A DNA stretch of 64,000 nucleotides from Methanobacteriota archaeon (GTDB lineage: Archaea; Thermoplasmatota; Poseidoniia; Poseidoniales; Poseidoniaceae): positions 29,090-93,089 of the forward strand of contig JAAZXA010000068.1 in assembly GCA_014240385.1 (NCBI GenBank), in the 5' to 3' direction. Within the stretch, counting starts at the first letter, position 1, and each line of letters starts with the position of its first letter. Below the pieces are notes generated by a model that was given only the letters and a program-made list of their open reading frames with translations, ran no database searches and was not told the origin of the DNA. The position numbers and the translations under genes were made by a program. Below are positions 50,205 to 57,563 of the stretch, in pieces.

Positions 50205-50414
50205 ATGCGAGGGCTTCTTTTTCCAAGTGAATCTGCTCATCAAGCAGAGATAATGGCTGAGGCTTTTGCCAATAAATCGATATGGGACATGCGATGGTAC
50301 AAATTCAAACTTTGGTTCTACACTAGCGTAACTGCTTTCATCTTCATGTTCTTTACATCCCTTATTGAATGGTTCTTTGATTTCAGTCTTTTCAAGTGGA
50401 TGTTCGGGCTGTAG
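50205..50414 (+). CDS. small membrane protein (69 aa)
   Basis: track ORF; GGTGAGG SD; TM segment FYTSVTAFIFMFFTSLIEWFF. Confidence 0.65.
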   Translation: MRGLLFPSESAHQAEIMAEAFANKSIWDMRWYKFKLWFYTSVTAFIFMFFTSLIEWFFDFSLFKWMFGL

Positions 50415-50416
50415 GT

Positions 50417-50431
50417 TTCATACGGCTGAAC
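50417..50431 (+). promoter_or_regulatory. promoter-like box P4 TTCATACGGCTGAAC
   Basis: ATACGGCTGAAC begins exactly 27 nt before ATG 50447. Confidence 0.6.
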
Positions 50432-50446
50432 CGTCTCACATTGTCC

Positions 50447-51211
50447 ATGACGCTAAGCGGATTCATTGCAATGCCTCGAAAACCGGGGAAAACAAAGATT
50501 GGGCAGATCCTCAAGAATATTGGATTCAAGGATAAGGGAGCAGCAGGAAATATGTGGGTCTTTGGTAAGACTCGGTTCCGTGTAGATGTGGTTGATTTTA
50601 GGGATGATTTGAGAGATCATGACGCTGAATGGGTTGAAGAAGTTGGATGGGATGATAATTGGGCCGTCCGTATTGCTGTCAATCATTCTAACAGAACAGA
50701 TGAAAATTACATCTTGTGGCATTCGATTCTAGTCATAGCCGCTGAGTGCTTAGGCGTTAGAGAAATTTGGTTAGATGGCGGCACAGGCATTCCACAGCAA
50801 CCGTACACACTTCGAGAGTTGTTTCCTGAATTGAAATCTGATGAAGGAGAAGACTTGATTGAAGAATCCGAAGCCGCCCCTGTTCTAGTCGACAAGGCAG
50901 AAGTCTTGGAGCTTCCAGATATTGAAACACCTGCTGAGCCTGTTTTGGTTCCATCTGAGCCTGAGCCTGAGCCTGAGCCTGAACCTGTGCCTGAGCCTCA
51001 AACAGAATCGTCCGAAGAGGATTACGATTCCTGGGGATGGGATGAGGATGAGGATGAGGATGAGGATGAGGATGAGGATGAGGACGATTCATGGAATGAG
51101 GATGAGGATGAGGATGAGGATGAGGATGAGGACGAGGATGAATCCGAAGAAGAGAATGAATCCGAAGAGAATGAATCCGAAGAAGGTGTTGATGTAATCA
51201 CTGAATGGTGA
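50447..51211 (+). CDS. protein with (EP)n and (DE)n low-complexity C-terminal half (254 aa)
   Basis: track ORF 50396..51211 trimmed to the ATG set by box P4. Confidence 0.7.
   Translation: MTLSGFIAMPRKPGKTKIGQILKNIGFKDKGAAGNMWVFGKTRFRVDVVDFRDDLRDHDAEWVEEVGWDDNWAVRIAVNHSNRTDENYILWHSILVIAAECLGVREIWLDGGTGIPQQPYTLRELFPELKSDEGEDLIEESEAAPVLVDKAEVLELPDIETPAEPVLVPSEPEPEPEPEPVPEPQTESSEEDYDSWGWDEDEDEDEDEDEDEDDSWNEDEDEDEDEDEDEDESEEENESEENESEEGVDVITEW
50957..50998 (+). repeat. hexanucleotide tandem repeat (GAGCCT)x7, imperfect
   Basis: read directly; encodes EPEPEPEPEPVPEP. Confidence 0.9.
51041..51142 (+). repeat. two runs of (GATGAG)n hexanucleotide repeat
   Basis: 51041-51085 and 51096-51142; encode DEDEDE... 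tracts. Confidence 0.9.
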
Positions 51212-51948
51212 GTTCTTTGGTTGAAGGGGGTGCAATGGCGTGGGGAGGCCTCCTTTACCTCAAGCACCTTTGGGATTCTTGGAAAAGTCACCGAATAGGA
51301 ATATATGGCCTGTGGGCGTGTGGTAAGACCACCCTGAATCGTTATTTGAATACCTCTGGGGATCTCGAAGAAGATACTGCCCGTATGACTAGCACCGCTC
51401 ACCCCTATGATAAGAAGAAGAAGCAGTATGTTCCACCAAATGCAACCCGCAAGAGAATTCATGTTTTGTCCGAAGCAAATCAGTCATTCCGTAGAACCAT
51501 TCTCTCGTCTGATATTGGAGGCCAGTCCGAATATTTCAATCTCTGGGTTCGAGATTTGGTGTTGCGTGATGTTGAAGTAATCATCTATCTGGTTGATTCA
51601 AGGGATGATCCAGATGGGCTTCAAGAGGCAACATTTCGAGACTTTACGAGAATTATTGCCGAGAGAGATTTCCGTTTTACTGAACGAAAATTGAGGAAAA
51701 AGGCCAGAAATTATCAGCCGAAGGTGGTAGCCCTTGTTGCCAATAAATCGGACCTTTGGCTCAATCCAGACGAACGGGCGTATTACGAGGGGTCTGGCAT
51801 TGGCAGGCATCCAATTTTTGATGCTTACAGGCCGCACTTGGTACGGCTACAGAGAGCCGGTATTCCTACTTTGAAGCGAAGTATTTCAGCCCTCCATGGG
51901 TATGATGTGGAGCGATTAATATGGGATTGCTTGAAGGCGAAGTCGTGA
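51205..51948 (+). CDS. Arf/Arl/Sar-like small GTPase (247 aa; alternative start ATG 51235)
   Basis: G1 GLWACGKTT, G3 DIGGQSEYFNLW...IIYLVDSRD, G4 ANKSD, G5 SAL; hydrophobic N-terminal helix MAWGGLLYLKHLWDSW, as in Arf. Confidence 0.75.
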   Translation: MVSSLVEGGAMAWGGLLYLKHLWDSWKSHRIGIYGLWACGKTTLNRYLNTSGDLEEDTARMTSTAHPYDKKKKQYVPPNATRKRIHVLSEANQSFRRTILSSDIGGQSEYFNLWVRDLVLRDVEVIIYLVDSRDDPDGLQEATFRDFTRIIAERDFRFTERKLRKKARNYQPKVVALVANKSDLWLNPDERAYYEGSGIGRHPIFDAYRPHLVRLQRAGIPTLKRSISALHGYDVERLIWDCLKAKS

Positions 51949-51959
51949 TATGACTAAAC
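51945..51959 (+). promoter_or_regulatory. promoter-like box P5 GTGATATGACTAAAC
   Basis: ATATGACTAAAC begins exactly 27 nt before ATG 51975. Confidence 0.55.
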
Positions 51960-51974
51960 CACTTGGCAACTACC

Positions 51975-52748
51975 ATGTCGATGTTTGGCGATGAGGCTTC
52001 GAGTGGTCTGGAGGATTCTCATTTTATGTCGAATGTGAGGTTCACCTTCGATGACAATCCGGATCCATACAAACGAAGAAAGATAAATATGAAAAACGCG
52101 TATGGCGTTTTGAAACCAAAGCGTAGATGGAGGATTGGTTCCCCCGTCCATAACAATGCAGGACAATGTTGTGTTACTGGTATTGATTTGAGGGCTTTGG
52201 GTGCTGAAGCTTACAACAGGGCTTTACTTGACCCGCATACCCTGCAGCCTGTGGATGATGGTCGAACATTGATGACTGAGTTCTTTCTAGATCATTTGAC
52301 GGGCAAACCAGTTCAGTTTGCGGCTCAATCTGGAGTTACTACTGGTTTGCCGCTTCGTTCGTCTTATTGTCCAGGATTATTGCAGATTTATTGGTTGTAT
52401 ACTCAATGGAAATATGAAACCGATATGGAAGAACAGGGTAGGAATAGTTCATTCCTTAGAAGTAGAGGTATTGAATTAAAGCCTTTGAGAAGAAAGGATG
52501 TCAAAAAGCGCAATAGACCCTTGTTAGTCGATGAAATTGAGCCTTTTTTTGCTAAGGTCAAAATGCATGAAGGGCAGGGCATAACCATTGTTGAGTATTC
52601 TAATCCTGATGAAAATTCTAACTTCTTCGGAGAGATTGATTTAGTACACATAACATTGGATTTGCGGAAGATGCGAAGCGAGGAATTAAATAGGGAAAAG
52701 ACAAAGGGGGGCAACCCCTCCGATAATCAAAGCGAGGTTATACCATGA
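51975..52748 (+). CDS. hypothetical protein (257 aa)
   Basis: track ORF 51963..52748 (TTG) trimmed to the ATG set by box P5. Confidence 0.7.
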   Translation: MSMFGDEASSGLEDSHFMSNVRFTFDDNPDPYKRRKINMKNAYGVLKPKRRWRIGSPVHNNAGQCCVTGIDLRALGAEAYNRALLDPHTLQPVDDGRTLMTEFFLDHLTGKPVQFAAQSGVTTGLPLRSSYCPGLLQIYWLYTQWKYETDMEEQGRNSSFLRSRGIELKPLRRKDVKKRNRPLLVDEIEPFFAKVKMHEGQGITIVEYSNPDENSNFFGEIDLVHITLDLRKMRSEELNREKTKGGNPSDNQSEVIP

Positions 52749-53449
52749 GCTTCTACAATCCAAACCCCACACCACAAAATACGAACGCTAATGTCGGTAA
52801 TCCGTTCTCTAAGGCACCTCCAGTGCCAACTGGAGCACCAATGGGTATGCAGGGTATGCAGCCAATGGGACAACAAAACCCCTATGGTATGTATCAACCA
52901 ACGCCACAGGCTTTGTGGGCTCAACTTGGTTATCAAACCGAGCCCTCTTTGGTTGAACTCATTCGAGATTTAGTTGTACAGAATTCTTTGGATTCTGCGC
53001 GATTCGCCGTTGAGGGGGGTTTCTTCGCTGATATTGCAATTATGGAGCAACTGATTGATTATCGCTTGAAGGAGTTCTTCACCAATTTCCGATTAGAAAT
53101 ACACCAAGACGCTACGCAAGAAGGTGCTATGTTCATCAAACCTGCTCCAGAGCAGCCTACGGATGAAGGAAAGAGATTGGCAACCCTCACCCAAAGTGAT
53201 TTGACTGCGAAGGTTGAGGAAATCAAGGGTGCAATTCGAGATAATCTATTGCAGACTGCGGATCAGAAAATTGAGTTGCATATCCAGGCGTCTGCTTTGG
53301 CTACGCAACAAGGATTCATGGGCTCTCTTCTAGCAGAGGACGCTAATGGGCAAAGAGGCGGCATTCTTTCTGCTACTGCAGGAGTTGCAGGAGGCATTCT
53401 AAGATCTGCTGCAGGTCTTCCACCTGCGCCAAAACCACCGGGGGCTTGA
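52745..53449 (+). CDS. hypothetical protein with Q/P/M/N-rich N-terminus (234 aa)
   Basis: track ORF; GAGGT SD; ATGA overlap with the upstream stop. Confidence 0.7.
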   Translation: MSFYNPNPTPQNTNANVGNPFSKAPPVPTGAPMGMQGMQPMGQQNPYGMYQPTPQALWAQLGYQTEPSLVELIRDLVVQNSLDSARFAVEGGFFADIAIMEQLIDYRLKEFFTNFRLEIHQDATQEGAMFIKPAPEQPTDEGKRLATLTQSDLTAKVEEIKGAIRDNLLQTADQKIELHIQASALATQQGFMGSLLAEDANGQRGGILSATAGVAGGILRSAAGLPPAPKPPGA

Positions 53450-53453
53450 TTAA

Positions 53454-53753
53454 ATGAGTGTTGAAAGAGTTGATGAATTGCTAACAGAGATGGCGTCCGG
53501 TTCGAAGTCAAGAAAGAAAGAAATAGATGTTTATTCGATTATGGATGATTGGTTTCAACCTAAATCAGAATTGATGAAGCATGTGATTATTATTCAAATG
53601 ATTGCTTGTATTATCGTATCGATGTTCCTTTTGATTACTGTCGGAGATTCTCTGAGTAGTGAGGGCTTGCTCTTTGCAGTCATGGCTTTCATGTTGTTTG
53701 TTGGCGGATCCTTCCAATTTTACAATCGAATGACGGGTGGAGGGAGATACTGA
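53454..53753 (+). CDS. membrane protein (99 aa, 2 TM)
   Basis: track ORF; VIIIQMIACIIVSMFLLITV and LLFAVMAFMLFVGG. Confidence 0.65.
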   Translation: MSVERVDELLTEMASGSKSRKKEIDVYSIMDDWFQPKSELMKHVIIIQMIACIIVSMFLLITVGDSLSSEGLLFAVMAFMLFVGGSFQFYNRMTGGGRY

Positions 53754-53914
53754 TGCCTTCGGCTAACCATCCTGCATTGTTGATTCCCAAGGTTGCACCA
53801 GTAGCACCTATGAGCCTTTCACTATACTACCTCTACAAACGACCATCAGATTGGAAGGTTGCAGTATCTACGCTGATATTTTCATCGGCCTTGTTGGTTG
53901 CAGGTCTAAGGTGA
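53753..53914 (+). CDS. small membrane protein (53 aa), below track cutoff
   Basis: GGAGGGAGA SD; TGATG overlap; MPSANHPALLIPKVAPVAPMSLSLYYLY...STLIFSSALLVAGLR. Confidence 0.5.
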   Translation: MPSANHPALLIPKVAPVAPMSLSLYYLYKRPSDWKVAVSTLIFSSALLVAGLR

Positions 53915-53918
53915 GGTT

Positions 53919-54029
53919 TTGATACATTGTACCCAAGTTTGCCCTGAATGTGGCAAAGTTGCATGTGTTGGGCATATGCGATGTCATTCATGCGGGTATT
54001 TTCTTCGCGTTGAAGATCTAGTTCGGTAG
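53919..54029 (+). CDS. possible zinc-ribbon micro-protein (36 aa, TTG start)
   Basis: GGTGAGG precedes the TTG; CPECG...CHSCG; overlaps a convergent gene end; weak. Confidence 0.3.
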   Translation: MIHCTQVCPECGKVACVGHMRCHSCGYFLRVEDLVR

Positions 54030-54995
54030 TCCATATTCCAGAACTTCATCTAGAAGCTTCTCGTAATCAGCATCATACTCTTCTGCGTCTGGCCTTCCCT
54101 TTCTGCCGCTATTGACGAAATACACACCGTAAGGAACACGGCCTTGAGATACCATGTATTCTGCGACTCTGTGATTAGAGAGCAGCAAAGCAAATGAATG
54201 TGTTAAACCCGCATTGCGTCCCATCGTTTTATTGAAGCGAGGGCCTTTTGGCCGTCCCCTTGTATTTTTCTCCAACTTACGAACCCAATTTTGGTATGAA
54301 GTGTAACGAACATAGGGAATCCCTCGTTCTTTGATCTGCTCAATCACTTCCCAACAAGAGCCAAAACCATGATTTGAGACTCGGGTATCATCATAACCGT
54401 AAGTAACTGAAAAATCATTCCGCCCAGGGGCTATCTCAATGTTAGAATTCAAAACTTGACCGCCATGAGTTCTGGATTCAACTTTGACCCATTCTCCCTT
54501 AATTTGCTTTGGACGGCCATGAGCAGTCCAACACCACAACGAAAAAGGAGTCCTATGCATTTCATTGATACTTGGATCTCTTTTGTAATCCTTCCAATCC
54601 TTGAATCTGCAAAGAACGGTGATGTCGCCCCCATTGACCGCTCTATCAAACGAGTTTGCTTGAATAGAGATTAACGCCCGAGTAAATCCGAGTTCTTCTT
54701 CATATCGAGGCGTAGTTCTTGGTTCTCGATTATTGAATGGCCCCCGATTAAGTCGAACTGGGTGCTCATCAGGAAGATGGCCGATGAAATTTGATGCTTC
54801 CACATCAGGTTTGAGCAACATGGATATTGTACCCACGCGCTTGTTGATTTCCAATCTCACTTTTTCTTCGCCATCCCATGTAGGGTTGCGCTTAGGACAA
54901 CAGTAGCAAGCAACAGTGGCTCTACTCAGCCCGTCCAAACACCATTCAAATTCCCAATCGTCATTTCCTTCTAATTCACGCACTATTACTCGCAT
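54018..54995 (-). CDS. hypothetical protein (325 aa)
   Basis: track ORF; minus-sense TTTATGAGCC box (55019-55026) begins 31 nt upstream of the ATG. Confidence 0.7.
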   Translation of the reverse strand: MRVIVRELEGNDDWEFEWCLDGLSRATVACYCCPKRNPTWDGEEKVRLEINKRVGTISMLLKPDVEASNFIGHLPDEHPVRLNRGPFNNREPRTTPRYEEELGFTRALISIQANSFDRAVNGGDITVLCRFKDWKDYKRDPSINEMHRTPFSLWCWTAHGRPKQIKGEWVKVESRTHGGQVLNSNIEIAPGRNDFSVTYGYDDTRVSNHGFGSCWEVIEQIKERGIPYVRYTSYQNWVRKLEKNTRGRPKGPRFNKTMGRNAGLTHSFALLLSNHRVAEYMVSQGRVPYGVYFVNSGRKGRPDAEEYDADYEKLLDEVLEYGLPN

Positions 54996-55190
54996 AAGGA
55001 AAATAAGGGTGGTCTCGGCTCATAAACCCCACGATGGGGGAAGACTAAACCGAATGATCCCCGTAGGGCCAAGTGGACGGCAGGAGGGGCATCGGAGAGG
55101 TCGACACACGCAAATGTGCAGACTCCGATACTCCTGTCGTCCACCTGAGCATTAGAAATAAATGGCGGCGGTATATGTGATCTTCGCTGA

Positions 55191-55200
55191 CCCCCCCCCC
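55191..55200. repeat. C10 homopolymer tract in an intergenic region
   Basis: read directly (gctga cccccccccc atgaaag). Confidence 0.9.
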
Positions 55201-55297
55201 ATGAAAGTGAAAGTGTTGAATATGAATTGAGCCCCGGCGATACTGAGGGTATATGAACTATGCATAGTGGAAGAATTTCCTTGCGGCAGTAATGAAG

Positions 55298-55371
55298 CGG
55301 CCCCACGGGGATTTGAACCCCGGTTACTGGTTCCGCAAACCAGTGTGATATCCAAGCTACACTATGGGGCC
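55298..55371 (-). tRNA. tRNA-Arg (anticodon GCG), no encoded CCA
   Basis: GGCCCCA/TA/GTGT..TCAC/A/CTGGT-TTGCGGA-ACCAG/TAAC/CGGGG-TTCAAAT-CCCCG/TGGGGCC/G. Confidence 0.85.
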
Positions 55372-55839
55372 TTAATCTTCCCATTCATCTTCTCTGTAGT
55401 GGCATTCTACGGAATAGTTGTCCATTTCTATGTCGTCGATCTCCGCCTTCTCGCGTTCCTCTACCAATTTTTGCGTTAGGGCTACGGCCAATACGCCATC
55501 ATCCATAGAGAATCTCCAGAACATTGTTACAAGGCTTACCTTTCCCGGCCCTCCAACCATAGGTACAAGTTCTAGATTGTGTCCTTCGTATTGTTCTTCC
55601 CACCCTGGCACTAATTTCTGAATTTCACCCATTACAGATTCAGCATTGCCGAGGCCGTCAACTTCGAAGGTCACTTCAACCATCCAACATCTTAGGTTGG
55701 AAAGTTCCTCTTGTACAATTTCTGCTAATTCATTAGACAGTTTTTCATTATCTATCTTAATCTCGGTTGAGTCGCAGTTCGGACATTCCTTTTGTCCATC
55801 GACCCATGGTTTTCCACATATTGCACATTTCTTTTTCAT
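55372..55839 (-). CDS. protein with N-terminal zinc ribbon (155 aa)
   Basis: track ORF; CAICGK...CPNC; its stop codon (55372-55374) directly abuts the tRNA-Arg 5' end. Confidence 0.7.
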   Translation of the reverse strand: MKKKCAICGKPWVDGQKECPNCDSTEIKIDNEKLSNELAEIVQEELSNLRCWMVEVTFEVDGLGNAESVMGEIQKLVPGWEEQYEGHNLELVPMVGGPGKVSLVTMFWRFSMDDGVLAVALTQKLVEEREKAEIDDIEMDNYSVECHYREDEWED

Positions 55840-55840
55840 C

Positions 55841-55966
55841 TTAATCCGCCTCGTATTGGTGGTGTCCGCATTGGAGGCAGATTACAATTACCCCCGCCCC
55901 ACAGAACTGGTTGCTCGGAACCTCATTCATAATTACATCCATTGATTCGCACTCCCTACACCGCAT
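55841..55966 (-). CDS. zinc-ribbon micro-protein (41 aa)
   Basis: MRCRECESMDVIMNEVPSNQFCGAGVIVICLQCGHHQYEAD fills the gap between neighbouring genes exactly. Confidence 0.5.
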   Translation of the reverse strand: MRCRECESMDVIMNEVPSNQFCGAGVIVICLQCGHHQYEAD

Positions 55967-55971
55967 TGGGA

Positions 55972-56559
55972 TCACGACTTCATCAATTTCTTGATTTCTC
56001 GTACCCCATCTTCCATGTTATGAGGTTCCCAATCGCCATATTTCCATGTGAAGTCTTTCACTATGGCCCCTTGACGATTTCTCTTGTCCACCTTGACCCA
56101 GAGGATCTTAGCGAAGCAGAAGGGGTATTTTCCGTATTCTTCGAAATATTTACTGATGTACCAGAAAGCAGTCTCTGGGTCTTTGGTGATAGCTTCGATG
56201 CCGAAGTTCACGCCTTCTCTCCTGGTAGGACATTTTTTCAAATGACAATATACAGGTAGATTGTGATTGTAGACAATGAATAAATTGTCGGTTTTTCGTC
56301 TGAATATCGCTTTCCAAAACGGCATCTTTGGGGCTTCTTCCTTCATGCCATCGAGCGCATTCTGTAGTTCTCTTTTGTGAAAATCTTTGAGTTTTCGGAT
56401 TTCCCGCTCATGGCTATTTTTCATTTCTTGGTCTCTTTTTTGCAGGGCCATTTCTCTTTCGAGAGATGTTCCGTCATTCACCAATGGAAGGTTTGCCTTC
56501 GCTTTTTCGTTCATATCTCTATGTTTTTGTTTTCTGCCTTCGGAACGCTTTTCGCCCAT
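55972..56559 (-). CDS. hypothetical protein (195 aa)
   Basis: track ORF; GAGGTGA SD 5 nt upstream. Confidence 0.7.
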   Translation of the reverse strand: MGEKRSEGRKQKHRDMNEKAKANLPLVNDGTSLEREMALQKRDQEMKNSHEREIRKLKDFHKRELQNALDGMKEEAPKMPFWKAIFRRKTDNLFIVYNHNLPVYCHLKKCPTRREGVNFGIEAITKDPETAFWYISKYFEEYGKYPFCFAKILWVKVDKRNRQGAIVKDFTWKYGDWEPHNMEDGVREIKKLMKS

Positions 56560-56568
56560 TTCTTCACC

Positions 56569-56739
56569 TCATTTTCTTTGTGTTAGCAAGTCGGTTACAG
56601 TAAGAGCAACAAGGCCGAATCCGAATACCACTAGGGATCTTTGCATGATTCCTGTTTCCAACATCATGCCCAATCCTGCGCAGAGCATTCCAATTAGTGC
56701 TGCCCTTCTCTTGAATGCGTTTTCTATTGTTTCAATCAT
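56569..56739 (-). CDS. small membrane protein (56 aa, 2 TM), below track cutoff
   Basis: AGGTGGGACA-ATG SD; MIETIENAFKRRAALIGMLCAGLGMMLETGIMQRSLVVFGFGLVALTVTDLL. Confidence 0.55.
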   Translation of the reverse strand: MIETIENAFKRRAALIGMLCAGLGMMLETGIMQRSLVVFGFGLVALTVTDLLTQRK

Positions 56740-56747
56740 TGTCCCAC

Positions 56748-57239
56748 CTATTGGAATTTCTTGTCCCAGTCTCGAATCTCTACAGTCTTAACGAACTTGG
56801 TTCCTTTGCCCTTGCATACATGGCATGAGCCCTTGTAATGTTGGTGGCCTTTGCATTCAGGATAGGTTGAGCATACGAATACCTTCTTTACAGTCCACAC
56901 TGGTTCTTGGTATTCTTTGAAAGCCATGGGCAATAATAGAAATGCCCATTGGTTGCCAAAGAAATCTTTGTGTTCATCGTTAAGATCTGATGGCGGCATT
57001 GTTCGGGCGTGTGTTGAGCGTTCAAAGGGGCCGAATGCTGCCTCTTTCCGTTCTAAATGGCCCAATGTAGAGATGCCGTATGGGGTTTTCTTGCTTATTT
57101 CATCAACTATTTCTTTCATCATCTTCTCTACATTCTCTACTGTTCTTTCGTCTGAATCTTCGATGGATTTGTTCAGGTTGATGGCCCAATGCATCTTCAA
57201 CTCAGGTTTTTCCTTTTGTTGGTTTTTTCTTACAGTCAA
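56748..57239 (-). CDS. protein with C-terminal DnaJ-type CxxCxGxG zinc finger (163 aa, TTG start)
   Basis: track ORF; GAGGAGGA SD 6 nt before the TTG; CHVCKGKG. Confidence 0.65.
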   Translation of the reverse strand: MTVRKNQQKEKPELKMHWAINLNKSIEDSDERTVENVEKMMKEIVDEISKKTPYGISTLGHLERKEAAFGPFERSTHARTMPPSDLNDEHKDFFGNQWAFLLLPMAFKEYQEPVWTVKKVFVCSTYPECKGHQHYKGSCHVCKGKGTKFVKTVEIRDWDKKFQ

Positions 57240-57547
57240 GCTTCATCCTCCTCTTGGTTTAGAACTTCTGTGTCGTTAAGTGTGATTTTCCCATCTCCAT
57301 CGTTGTCTTCAAGAGATAGTATGCCTGTTGGAGACCCCATCGTTAGACGCCATATTTTCTCATTTACAATAATATCCCCAGCAATGGTTGGCCCTTCGAA
57401 TATTGTGATAACCCACCAGCCTACGGTTCCTCCGATAATTATCAGTCCTAGGTAATTTATGGGCGTTGATGGGTCAAATATGATGAAACATAGCATCGTA
57501 GCAATAATTGAAGCGAATATTGGCCTACCTAGATCTCGGTTATTCAT
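57236..57547 (-). CDS. membrane protein with EF-hand-like Ca-binding loop (103 aa)
   Basis: track ORF; 2 TM segments; DNDGDGKITLND fits DxDxDGxIxxxD/E. Confidence 0.65.
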   Translation of the reverse strand: MNNRDLGRPIFASIIATMLCFIIFDPSTPINYLGLIIIGGTVGWWVITIFEGPTIAGDIIVNEKIWRLTMGSPTGILSLEDNDGDGKITLNDTEVLNQEEDEA

Positions 57548-57563
57548 GTGCTCACCGAACCTT

